Source: Octopus sinensis
Taxonomy: Eukaryota
Assembly: GCF_006345805.1 (NCBI RefSeq)
Contig: NC_043004.1
Location: 42,594,001-42,658,000, forward strand
Direction: 5' to 3'
Length of the DNA: 64,000 nucleotides
The notes under the pieces were generated by a model. That model was not told the origin of the DNA and ran no database searches. It was given only the letters and a program-made list of their open reading frames with translations. Every line of letters begins with the position of its first letter. The stretch's first letter is position 1. Both the position numbers and the translations under genes were made by a program. Below are positions 14,723-31,800 of the stretch, piece by piece.

Positions 14723-15055
14723 AATGATAACAAAAGGGGCTGATTGCTACCTAACTCAGTTACCAGGAAATCCCAAAATGGCAGAAATTCAAAAGATAGT
14801 GCTCATGGGAACTGCTCATATCCTACGCAAAATACTTCCTATGTAATCTCAAGGTTTGAAACAAACATTTAAAAAAATTAATTTATTTTATTTTTTATTT
14901 ATTTTTTAGACATCCACTAGTACAACACAAAAAACAACCAAATATATGGCACACTAGGCATAACATCAACGTGAACTTCCAACATATTGTCTCTTGAGGT
15001 CTCCGGGTGAGACTTGGAGCCAACTTGTACAAATATAAAGCAAAAGTCAAACATA
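14723..15055 (+). mobile_element. 5'-truncated copy of the 1-4.2 kb R4/Dong family (ORF end + 3' UTR) in (TAA)n
   Basis: KGADCYLTQLPGNPKMAEIQKIVLMGTAHILRKIL is nearly identical to 3825-3947. Same 3' UTR, ending AAAGTCAAACATA followed by (TAA)n. Confidence 0.9.
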
Positions 15056-15105
15056 TAATAATAATAATAATAATCATACTAATAATAATAATAATAATAA
15101 TAATA

Positions 15106-15138
<33 letters not shown>

Positions 15139-15173
15139 TACTAATAAATGATATAATCGACAAGACGAAGAGT

Positions 15174-15595
15174 GCGATACAGTTGCAATAGATATTTTAT
15201 TGGTTGTATATTATTGCGACAGCACGCATATCTTCGACGAGTTCAAAATTAAAAGTTATAAAAATTCCAATTTATAGAAATTCAAATCTAAAATATGAAC
15301 GTGAGCAAACAGCGTAACACGTTGATGGAATGACATCATCAGTCTTCAAGTTTCAATTTTACAACTGGCGAAGAGAAAAAGAAAGAAAAAAAGAGAAGAC
15401 AGAAATGGTAAGTAAAAGAAAAAGATTTCGCTAGTTGTAAAATTGAAACTTTAAGACTGATGATGTCATTCTCGTTTAGAGTTGAATTTCTATAATTTCG
15501 TATTTTTATCACTTTTCATTTTAAATTCGACAACGACAGGATTGCTGTCGAAATATATACTTCAGCCAATAAAATATCATCTGCGATCACATCGC
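15174..15595. mobile_element. Fold-back MITE-like palindrome
   Basis: Inner arms 15328-15372 and 15427-15471 are reverse complements with 2 mismatches in 45 bp; degenerate outer arms extend to the ends. Confidence 0.75.
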
Positions 15596-16726
15596 TTTGC
15601 GTGAGTGGTCTATGTAAAACTTCATTTGTCTCATATTCTATCTATATATAAAATGTCAAGAAAATCGGTTGAAAACTTGAAAAGATATGGCAGGAAATAA
15701 CATTCATATGAGAAATTGCATTGAGATTTCGTACTGATTCTTGAAACATCGATGTTGATTAAAAATCATCAATTGTTTTGAAATTCCAAGTGCTTAAGTG
15801 ACCGTATGAGCATAAGCCCTACACTCGCGTCGAGCTTCATCAAGGTCGATTGGATACTCTCGGAGGAGTTAAATTAACAACTTCAGAAACACACACAGAC
15901 ACCCAATGGTGGATAAGAAGTCTTGACTTTCTTAAGTAAGTTGAGGCCCACATGAGAATATCCCCTGTTTTCAAAGACTGATACAAGATCCCGAACCTCT
16001 TATAAGAGTTAAGTTTCAAGTAATAACTTAGCACAAATCTGAACTTCAAAATTATTCACAAGTTAAGAAGGAGTATACAAATAAGTTAAACCTTGTATAT
16101 AAGTAGTAGTTTGTATAAATGTAGTGTATATCAGTATATCTATGGTTACGCATGAAATACTGAATAGAAAATGCTTGAGAAATAAAATGCACTTACATAT
16201 TTAAAACATGAAACGCTGAAGAATTAACTCAACGAATTGAAATGATAAGTTTTACCAAATGAAAACTATTCGTATTGAAATGCAGAATTAGCACATTCTA
16301 ATGAGATTACCGTTAATAAGATTTCTGTTTTATACCCATGAACAGTTTTCGTCAAATTTCGTCATTTTTCCTTCAAATAGAAATCTATATGACTGGGTAG
16401 AACCAATTTAACGAAAGAAATGCCCAGATTCTGGTAGCGAACTCGTGTCCTCATCATTTTGTATGTGCGTAAAAAGATTTATTTGCTTCAACTTATTCTT
16501 AGCGTATATTCCATCTGTGTATACAATTTCAAGAAGATCGGTTGAAAACTTTAAACGTTATGGCAGAAAATAATATTTAATACGTGAATTTGCATTGAAA
16601 TGTGGTACTGACATTTGAAAATCCGGTGCTGATTAAAATTTATCAATTTTTTGTGAGATTCCAAGTGTGTAAGTGACCGCATGGGTATAAGCCCCCACAA
16701 AAACACAAAAATTGCTATTTATGTTT

Positions 16727-16980
16727 ATATCAATTGAATAAAGTTAAAACCTGGTCTGGTTTTATCGTTTTTCATTGTTGTATTTAAAAACATTACATTT
16801 TTAAATTTGATGATTACCACGAATATATGAAAGCGCTAATTGAAATTTATGACCATTACAAAATAATTATTTCATGTTTAACACACTTCAACATTGTGAA
16901 AAAAGAAAAACACAATTTTTAAATACAATTATGAAAAACGTGAAAACTAGACTATGCTTTATCTTTATTCATCTGATATA
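16727..16980. mobile_element. Small MITE-like element with ~60 bp imperfect inverted ends (second copy 22958-23210)
   Basis: TGAATAAAGTTAAA..TTGTATTTAAAAA versus TTTTTAAATACAA..TTTATCTTTATTCA. Confidence 0.6.
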
Positions 16981-18016
16981 TTATTCTATAAACATTTGCA
17001 CAAATTAAGACAAAAAGAAATTACATACATATATTTACATAAGTGCCTCTACTATTAATGGACCTATTGAGAAAAAGAAGAAGAAATCACGATTTTACTG
17101 GCAATTTAGACATCCACACTCTATATAATAATCTCTCCTACCATTATTTGGATGAGATTTCATTTACTCCCTTTTAGACTTCCCACTCGTTTATTCATCA
17201 ATAATATATGTGGCAGAAAACTATTTCAATCATTTACAGAGCACTCATTTACCTATCCGTTCTAAGGCCATCAGATGTATATATCAAGAACGATCAGTCT
17301 AAACAGAAATAATGTCGAATCTTTATAGAAAGAACACATAGAAAACAAATATTCATAAAGTGGCATACACTATTTGACATAAAAGAATATTATAATCTGT
17401 AAATCTCATCGCAGTCATGTTTTAAAGAGATTAAATAAAATTCAACACATAGAAATAGCTAGTATATGCGCAGATAAATTTTCAATTATACATATTTAAA
17501 GAGAAGTTAACTTGTCAGTTATAAAAACATTCAGGAAAAAGTTTCAGTGCATGTCACTAGTTAAAAATCAGTCACATCGTAAAGTGTAGGCGGTGCATAT
17601 TCTATAGTTGTAGCTAACTTAACACGGAAATATTCAACTTGTGAACTGCTTCGTCACAAGGGAAAACACTATTTAATACTGTTATCAGTATTACGGGATA
17701 CACACGCACGCACACACATGTACGCACACACATGTACGTACACACATGTACGCACACACTTAAACATACAGATATATACATTATATATATATTGTATTCA
17801 TATAATATATATTATGTGTGTTTGCATGGATATATATATATATATAAGTATATATATATGTATAATAATATATATATGTATATATATATATATGTATGTA
17901 TATATATATATATATATTTTAGTATATGTGTATATGTATGTATATGTATATATGTAATATATATATATATTTATATATATATATATATATATAATATATG
18001 TATATATGTATATATT

Positions 18017-18053
<37 letters not shown>

Positions 18054-18151
18054 TTACCTACATGTATATCTCTCAATCTACCGACTTATATATATATATA
18101 TCTGTGTGTGTGTGTGTAAATGTGTGTGCGAATGTGTATATATAAATACAT

Positions 18152-18220
<69 letters not shown>

Positions 18221-18479
18221 GTTCACAGAGGCAATATTCTTGTGTAGAAATCCGGTTTAAGACTACAACTATAAAAAATCTCATATTTTATGCAACGTTC
18301 TAAACACAAATGAAAGTAGAAATTTATTTCCATGCAAATCTCATTAACAGTAACGTAGACTTTGAATGATTTGGAGCTACATATGTCCATACTATATATG
18401 CATATGTTAATATGTATATATATAAATATAAATATATATATATATATGTATATGCATATCTATGTATGTTATTATATAT

Positions 18480-18532
<53 letters not shown>

Positions 18533-18541
18533 TATATATAT

Positions 18542-18629
<88 letters not shown>

Positions 18630-18635
18630 TATATA

Positions 18636-18675
<40 letters not shown>

Positions 18676-18867
18676 GGAGATGTACTCGCATAGCAAGTAA
18701 TTTGATCTGAGATCGTGTACTGAAACGATGCAGCACGGATTTTTGTCAGTGAACAGGTCGCGGATTTTAGCGACGAAAATATTTTGACAAATTAAACTTA
18801 AATGTTGAGGTGAATCGAACGGCTTTTGTGTGTTTCTTAAATGGCTTATAAACTTTTCCACGCTGCA

Positions 18868-18908
<41 letters not shown>

Positions 18909-18909
<1 letters not shown>

Positions 18910-19070
18910 TGCAGGCGTTGCTGTGGGGTACGAAGCTTACTCCCCAAGCATATGGTTCCAGTCTCAGTTCCACTGCGTGACAACTTGGCCGAGCATGTCC
19001 TACTATAGCGTCAGGCTAACCAAAAGCTTGTGAGTGGATCTGGTATGCGAAAACCGAAAGAAGCCATTTG
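18909..19070 (+). mobile_element. Degenerate 5' half of an OK-like SINE
   Basis: GCAGGCGTTGCTGTG..ATGGTTCC..CCACTGCGTG..TACTATAGC..CCAAAAGCTTGTGAGTGGAT. Confidence 0.7.
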
Positions 19071-20808
19071 TATATATGTGTATGTGTGTGTGCGTGCGTA
19101 TGTATTGTTTGTATGAGTGTGTGTGTGTGTGTATGTATGCCTAAGTGTACATATAACCGCATATGAATATATGCACATATATGTTTCGGTATATGCATGT
19201 AAGCATGTGTGTAAAAATGTACATGTGTGCGTCTACACTTTGGCATGCACTAGTGTTAACAAAAATATGTAGACAACCGAAATACCTCTCAAGTGATAAG
19301 GAACATTTTGTATGGAGATAACAATTTTTTTTTGAAATTAGGATGCATATAAAGTAGTGTTGTTCGAAGACTTCACAATGCAAAATGGATGACTAAATTC
19401 GAAAAATAAACTATAACGATGTAAATGTGTCACTTGCTCATTTTTTCCATATCTGTTCTAATATTCGCTAAAATCTCTCAGCCAGATGATTACATGTGTA
19501 ACCGATCGGAGCTGTGTGTCTATTTTTATAGGTTCAGTACATGTGCTTAGAATTTAATTTTATAGAATGTCATTTGAAAATAATGTGAATAAACATCTAA
19601 TTTAGTTACAACTCGCAGATTTAATTTTAAGAAATTTTAGATGTGGATAATATTTGTTGGGCGACAGTGTCCTTTATTGGAAATCGAGTTATACATAGCT
19701 GAGAAGTACGGCCTAAATGCTATCTATTTTAGGCGATAACTGCAAGTGCTCTTTCAATAATATAATTGCCTAACGGTATGAACTTTAATAAGCAATGCAC
19801 ATTAGCGTAATTTGATGCTACAGAATTCTATAAGTAAACTCATTCTCCCAAATACGTTAAATGTTACCATCAACGCCATATCAATTAGTGAATAGCATAT
19901 GGATTTGATTTGCACAGCACAGAAATTCTACTTCGATATTTTCGCGATTTTAACCTACAGAATGCGGCTAAATTATGCAAAATTAGTTTGATCTATATTT
20001 TGGACCGTTAAAAAATGTTTGTTTGCGTTGGTATTCATAGAATCTCATGTAATATGTACTTCCACGCAACATTTAGAATCAATAGACATGCACAATCATG
20101 CATAAATATATGTGATAATGTATATGAATATCAGATTCTTGCACCTGTGGTATAAATATCAATCATGATACAATCTCAGCTTAGACATTTTTATGTGATT
20201 TTAAATACGGGGTATATGGCTTGTACTCGTATCAATCCCAAAAGAAATTTTGTATTCTCTAACATAATTATTCGAAGCTCCTTTCTGATTTAAATAAACG
20301 ATGTATATCATTAATATTTTTAGAAGTGTATGCATTTGATAGTGATCCTTATAATTATAAAGAGGTATTTTTGCGGTAGCGTAATCAAATATAAAACATA
20401 AGGTATGTACCGATGTACACAAGCGTAAAGATACATTGCAACTATTTTTACAATTCAATTTTTCAATATTCTCGATATACCATATATATTTGATCTATTC
20501 TAAAGCAGAAATTAACTTTAGATACCCTGTTAATATTGGAAGGACATTTCTAGCTGCATTTATATTTTGTAGGTAGAAAAAACTGTCCAAGAATAATATC
20601 ATAATTTCAAGTTTTATTTGTAACTGTAACGTTCTTACTCCTTGCCCACTTAATGTGATTTGTCATTTAGTAATCCGCACTCAATTTTCCCTCAAAATTA
20701 TTTCTCCTACAATTTATATTATTCCAATTGCAAATTGTTCTAAAGTGTATTGTTTTTACAATATTGACACATCTAGGGAAATTGACCGAATACATGCACA
20801 CGTTATCA

Positions 20809-21030
20809 GGTGGTGAGTTGGCTGTGTTACTGCCCCAGCGGACAAAATGCTTAGGGGATTTTCTTCCGAGAGAGTTCAGGTTTTCAAATGTCAACGGAAT
20901 CACGTATGACATTCATCTTTTCAAGGTCGATAAAATATGTACAAGTGCAGATGTGCAGATCTGGGGTCTATTTAATCAACTAGACACCTTCTTCCAAAAT
21001 GTTACGCCTTGTGCTTCTGTTTGAAAGAAC
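20809..21030 (+). mobile_element. Old degenerate copy of the 7367-type SINE
   Basis: GGTGGTGAGTTGGC..AAATGCTTAG..TTCATCTTTTCAAGGTCGATAAAAT..CTGGGGTC. Confidence 0.55.
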
Positions 21031-21075
21031 TCTTAATATTTTAATTATTATGATTATATATAAATACACATTACA

Positions 21076-21115
<40 letters not shown>

Positions 21116-21148
21116 GTAAGCACACACACACACATACACACACGTATG

Positions 21149-21181
<33 letters not shown>

Positions 21182-21826
21182 TAGCTGAGGTTCCCGGTAA
21201 TACCCAGGAGCGGGGATATTTCCAGTACCCATTACAATGCCTAATTTCTCACACGGAAAATGAAACCAAGTTATAGGACAGACAATAGATGGCATAGGCA
21301 AATTCTTTCACGAAGCAATAATACAAATAAATACATGTGAAATCTGAAAATCACAATTGTTTGGACAGATGAGTGAAAAGCTGAAAAATGTATAATCAAT
21401 GGAAACATCTAGAAGGAAATCATAAAGGAGTGCTATGAAAAATACAACATAACAGTTTGAAAAGTAAGCAAAGAATATTTTAAAGAAAAGGCACGTAAGT
21501 TTAAGACTGTGTTTCATGGGTATAGTTACCCTGCTCGACAGAATCATATATGGACAATTTTAAGTGCCGGTGTTAAGAAAATACATGTTTTAATAAACAA
21601 TGTCATAACGTTTAGAATCGATAATTTTGGGTACAGGTGTTAAGAAAATACATGTTACATGTTTTAACACACAAAGCTGCAACGTTTAGAATCTATAATT
21701 TAATTGTAAGTGTTAAGAAAATATGAGTTACAGCAACCTGAGAATGCTGAGATAATTGATCAACATTTTAACCCGACAACAATTTAGGCCAAATTTCGTT
21801 AATTCCCCAATCAGAAATCGTCTTAA

Positions 21827-25861
<4,035 letters not shown>

Positions 25862-26574
25862 ATAACCATAACTGTCGTATGAAAAGGTCAAATTGTGATT
25901 AAAATCCAGTAGTCGATTACAGTCACATACATGGTAATCTCCATCGCAGTGTATCTTGTAATAGTTACTTAAATGAAAACAGAACTGATTTTCGATATTA
26001 GTAAAGACGTAAAAAGTGTTCAGAGGAATAGAAATATCCTAACTACGTAATTGTACGTATCCAAATGCTATACTTCCTCCATACAAATTTATAAGAGTTA
26101 AACCACCTATCTTTATATTTCTAAAGACCTTCAAATATTGCGACTTAAGCGTTGCTTTGCTTACTTCTCAAAAGTTTTCAATTTACGTGAATCAAATCGT
26201 AAATTCTACATTTGCATAAGCTCACGTGCCTTCACTGGACAAAAAGCAGCTAAAATATATAGGAGCAAGACAAGTGCTGGAAAGTGAATAGCTGCGATAA
26301 AACGTAAATATAAACTTCATTTAACTCTTTTTGTTGTAGCAGATAAAAACGATAATTGTTTGGGCACATCTAACGTTACAGCTAACACCCCTATTCGCCT
26401 ATAAATTTATATGCGAATCTAGGTAATTTTAAATTTTGATTTTAATATGCCCCACATTATTCGGGACGAGAGGAAGATAATTATTTGTTCTCATTGCTTT
26501 AATATAATAAATATTTAACTCTCTATTTCTCTATTAATATAATTGATGACGCATCAAATTTGGAGAAAAATGTC

Positions 26575-26639
<65 letters not shown>

Positions 26640-28634
26640 TAAATATGAAATATTAGACATATTACTTAGTTATAACATTTCTGTTCGATTGTTTGAAACG
26701 AGAAGAAAGAAATTTTTTTTTTTCTATGCTTCCCTCCTTAACATGTTTCAGGTGTAAACCTATCTTCAATTTTATTTAAGGAAGATGAAAAAGGTTACAG
26801 CCCTGTACAACGAGAAGTGTTCAGTTATATAATGATTGCTAATGATACCAATAAACTAATATCTTATTTGAGGTGACATCCAAAAATGTTTCACAAGAAT
26901 CAATCGATATATTACAGTCTATTCTGGATCGACTGCAACATATATTTGATAATAATAATTATGAGCTTAAGAATCTCATCGTAGTTCATAAAAAAGATAA
27001 TTTTCTAGATCTCAAAACATTTCTATTGTTGCTGTACTTCTGTACTTGAAGTCGAGTAATAATTAATGCGTTATTATATATACAATTCTTACAGGCATAT
27101 ATGGACAACAATATTTACTTCACTTTGATTGTGTAGTACTTAAACAACGAAATAAATATGTGACAATGTTAATTATTGTATTTGTTTTTAAAATCTGGTA
27201 ATACACTAATTTTGTGTTGCATGAAGCCAGGGTGAATTTTCCATTACTTATTTGCGTGTATATATGTATTTATATATTTCCATATTTAGAAACAAATGTA
27301 TATATACGTCACCGTGTGTATGCACGCATAACTGGTAATGCGTATAGTAATTTGAATACTTAATTTAACAAAACAAATCTGTTTTGACAGTTTTCTTTTT
27401 TATATACACGTGTTCATACTTAGGCTTTCGATTTTGTGAACAGAAATATCAATAACAAACTTCAATACTTTCAGACTTTCAGAGAATTCTTTCCTCTGTG
27501 AGCCCAGTTTTAATTAATGAAAAATAATTTCTGTAAGTAATCAATATTTTTTGGAAACGTCATATTATTTAAATACAATCCAATCTGATAACAATGAGTG
27601 TCTAAACGATGATATCAATTAAATACTACTGTAACTTTCAATATCAATTCCACTCAGTCGAAATTGAAATTCAAAACATTCGAGTTAGGATGTATTGTTT
27701 ATTAAACTTTTAATGGCTAGTGTAATATTTTCTATCCCAATTAAAGAAATTTCAGCTTAGTCAGTTACAAATGAAACAAATAGTCAATGTCTTCCATTGA
27801 ATTTTCCTGACAGGCTAACAAAATCTAATAGGCTTTATTGTTTTTCTTCGTTTCACTATCTGAATGCTTTGTTATATGTTAAATACAATTCTATGGAATA
27901 AAAATAGGTTCATTTTGTTCTCAATAAATATCTTCGAACACAATTATAGCTGTAAATAATTAAAGATATAAAAAGATGCATATGACAATTAGATTCATTT
28001 ATTCTTCTGCTTACTCAGTTCTTTACTCATATGAAATCTATAAATTCGAGGTACTAAGGGAGTCGGTAAATGATAGATTGGCCTGCTAGAAATAACAGAA
28101 AAATCATTATCTCAAATTCTGTTTTAACTTCTTAAAACCTAAAATCCCATTCAATAGTACACTATATTCATGCAGAAATTATACAGATGGTGCGGCTGAT
28201 GCGGAAATATTTCAATGATAGTTTTGGTTTTCAGATTTGCTTACGGAATTAAACAAGAACAAGATTTCACTTACACGCAATGCTCATCCGGCATCTCTAA
28301 TGTTGTATTCAATGGTGTGAGGTATGTTATTTATCGACGTTCAAGAAGTAAAATATAACGAGTGTTCAATAGAGCTAAAACAACAACAAAAAACGGCATG
28401 GCCTAGATAATATTTGTTGAAATCAGATTTGTAATTCACGTTTCCAAGTCTGAATTAATATATTTGTATTATATTCAAGTGTAAATCTAAATACGAGTAG
28501 AAGACTCGCTGGAAAAGCGTAGGTTGTTAGTTCATACATAAAAATATTGCATAAACACTACTAGTCAAGTTAAGATTCAGGAAAGTCGGATACATATCTA
28601 TCTAACTAACAATCTATCTATCTATACGTATATA

Positions 28635-28687
<53 letters not shown>

Positions 28688-28692
28688 GTATG

Positions 28693-28728
<36 letters not shown>

Positions 28729-28848
28729 AAGCGATAGATAGATAGATAGATATAGATTTGATATATATGCATTTATATATATACATATATATATATATAA
28801 TATATATATATACAATATATCTATACAACATACATACATGCATACATA

Positions 28849-28939
<91 letters not shown>

Positions 28940-29540
28940 GTCAATCCAGAAGAAACGTAGAACAATCCCAATCAGAAAACAAAAACAACGCGAGGACCTA
29001 GTACATGCAATGTATTTGAAGACGCTCAAGAAAGGAAAGGAAGGTGGTTTGAAGTATCGAGCAAAGTTCTTCGTCATAAACAGAAAACAGATGAAAGTTC
29101 ACGAGAAAAGGAAAACGGAGGAAAAATCGGCAACGATCCACATGTGCTTACATTATCAAAATACGCGAAGGGTATGGATGAAGTTCTTTGTAAGACAGGA
29201 GCGTGGGTGAAAGGGATGGCGGCACGGCTGAAGAGGCGTGAAGTGGTGGAGAGGGTGGGTTCGATGGAGGGAGAGGAATACGGGTGTGTAACTTGAAGCG
29301 GAAGCCACGGAGAGTCATGTGATGGCGGAGGCAACGGCTAAGGAAAGAGAGATGGCTAGAATGACTAGCTTTTTTAAAAAGCCAACGTGAGTTTTTTTTA
29401 GCGTGATGCCGGCATTGAGGAGGAAACTCGGAAAGAAAATGGGATAGAAGAGAGTGGAGTTGCTGGAAGAAGGAATGGGAGTAAAGTAGAGTAAGAGGGT
29501 GTGAATGTCGATGTAGGTGCGATTGGTGGCGACATAAAAG
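28940..29540 (-). mobile_element. Penelope-like element remnant: ORF N-terminus joined to a pLTR-like segment with a degenerate hammerhead
   Basis: Minus strand 29363-29286 reads HSSHLSFLSRCLRHHMTLRGFRFK (H..FL..C......GF, typical of PLE N-termini). Degenerate HHR at 29047-29081, homologous to 57625-57659. Confidence 0.55.
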
Positions 29541-29799
29541 AAAAGAGAAAGAAGAAAAGGAAGGAGTATAATATTATTTGTTTCCAAAATATTTAAATGT
29601 GTGAGGGATGTTATGCACACAGAATACCCTAAGTTATAATCTATTATTAATTAGGTTATTCTTGTCACTGTACTTAAAATCTCATAAATTTCGATAGAAC
29701 AAAGCTCGCATCCGTATCTAAATGTTTGCGCTATCCGTACTATATCCCATTTAAGGCTAAATCTGATGTTGCTTTCTTTACGTTCCCACATATTAACTA

Positions 29800-29962
29800 C
29801 TCTTTTACTTGTTTAAGTCATTTGACTGCGGCCATGCTGGAGCACCGCCTTTAGTCGAGCAAATCGACCCCGGGACTTGCCCAAGGTGCCATGCAGTGGG
29901 ACTGGACCCGGAACCATGTGGTTCGTAAGCAAGCTACATACCACACAGCCACTCCTACACCT
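29800..29962 (-). mobile_element. Internally deleted OK-like SINE
   Basis: Tail and tRNA head joined at an ACTT microhomology (~29875). Confidence 0.8.
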
Positions 29963-30215
29963 ATGAAGAAGTACCTAGATGAAGTAACTAGATGAAGAAG
30001 TACTGTTGGCTTTAGGTCTAAGTCTAAATGATCAATGATGGTTATTAAGGCGCATGTTCATATTTATCGAACACCCTATATAAGTAAAGTTACTAGTTTC
30101 CGGTCAAATTGTATATTTCTAAACTACATTTTGAGCCAAACAACGACCTAATAACAGGCACTGGGCTATTGCTCTACGATTTCATCCGGGAGTGTTAATG
30201 CTATTATTATTATTG

Positions 30216-30283
<68 letters not shown>

Positions 30284-30327
30284 TATTATTGTTGTTGTTG
30301 TTGTTGTTGCTGTTGTTGTTGTTGTGT

Positions 30328-31204
30328 GGCATGTTGCAGAGTCCTGTTGCCTGACATATGGTCTTCCAGCAGCCACACTCATGACCCAGAGTAGCGCTAC
30401 CTCCTCCAGGCACGTGATGTAGGCCTCCGTGTTGAGTGTGAGGCTGTGTGGGAAGATGAATGAAGGCATAAGTAACCATCACTAGTGATCAGTCTAAACA
30501 CCATGGTGTTGACTGGATGTTTGATTTTTATCACTCCCGGTACATTTTTTGGGGACAGGTTAAGACAACGGTTATTCTGTGTGTTCTCCATTTGTTCCTA
30601 GCAGAAAATTTTCTCGTCTGACAAAAATGAAAGCATGTTCGGTTGCAGGTGACGCTTGAGTTTGTTGAAAAGCTATTTGGCGGGGGTCTTTCTTCTTGTC
30701 CTCGATTGCTTGGGATAAAAATTGTCCTATTATCATCTTATATGATGAATACCGAATATCTTCATGCACATCCAGCCTGATAAGGAACTCAGACACTCCC
30801 ATGTCCCTGGCGATATATTTGATTGATTTGGAGGGACTGTTATCAGTCATGGCCCGGATCTCACCAACAAATTCAGGAGTTCCATTTCTTATCAGAACGA
30901 TGCAAGAGAGTTTTTTCGAATTTTCGTAATAACCATTGGAGTCATCGAACACTTTCCAAATCCTATGCACTGTCAAGCCCAAACATTCTGAAATATTCGA
31001 AATGGAGATTTCGGTGCGGTTCCGATTAATGTAGTATATCGTTTCCAAATTTCTGGCTGAGTGAATTGTGATATAAGTCTGTTATTTCTTACAGAGAGTG
31101 CGCAAACGACCTACTATACAGTGTAGTCAAAAAGTCAAAAACAAGCAATGCAGATGCGAAAAATAAAAAATATATGATGAGAAGTTATTCATCGCTTTGC
31201 CTGT
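30328..31204 (-). mobile_element. Tc1/mariner (maT/DD37D-like) transposon remnant
   Basis: TPEFV..PSKSI..IARDMGVSE..IR..VHEDIRYSSY..GQFLS; the FSDEK-equivalent (LSDEKIF); MPSFIFPHSL..AYI..LE; GRPYVRQQDSATCH. Truncated by a microsatellite. Confidence 0.8.
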
Positions 31205-31224
31205 CTTTATATATATATATAAAT

Positions 31225-31292
<68 letters not shown>

Positions 31293-31369
31293 TGTGGGTG
31301 TGTGTGTGTGTGTGTGTGTACACCTTAAAATTACGTAGGAAATAAATGTAAATTTCCTTCTATATGTCC

Positions 31370-31800
31370 ATCTATGATGTTTGGGAGTTTCCCTTAGTAC
31401 ATATAAGAAATAGGTCATGGCACAAGAGAAAGTTTATGCAACATCTATTTTCATCCTCTTGGGTCCTGAGGCATTTGTTACATCACGTGTTTTTGAAAAA
31501 GCAATGTTAATTGTGGTGAGACGTAATGTTTTATTTATAGTATGTATCATGTTTGTTACTTAAGTATGCCGGGTGAAATTTCTTTTCATTTAGTTATCTT
31601 GCGGAGTGTTTGATATAAATAATTAATCATTTGATGAGGTTTGCAGGTAATGAATTTTTCAAATATGTTTTTACTCATTGTATCTTGAATAAAACCGTTA
31701 TAGATAACCCTACTGCAATTTTTATGCATATGATCGATCCTCCTACTGGCGCTGTTCTCTAAAACCGTAGCTAATGTTATCATTGAAAGCACTTCTTTTC
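31370..31800 (-). mobile_element. Highly decayed piggyBac-like transposase fragment
   Basis: FIQDTMSKNIFEKFITC resembles the MSRNRF motif; downstream QMPQDPRG*K and MY*GK resemble YxPxKPxKxGxK and YxGK. Confidence 0.4.

Larger units (their letters stand above)
15594..19736 (+). repeat. Copy 1 of a local segmental duplication (15594-18942 direct to 21827-25072; 18951-19736 inverted at 25071-25861)
   Basis: Near-identical sequence with scattered SNPs/indels and differing microsatellite lengths. Confidence 0.95.

Noticed and set aside
16211-16252. CTGAAGA...GAAA hammerhead-like match (also at ~22441)
   Set aside because: Stems are only 3-4 A-U pairs with mismatches; expected by chance in AT-rich DNA.
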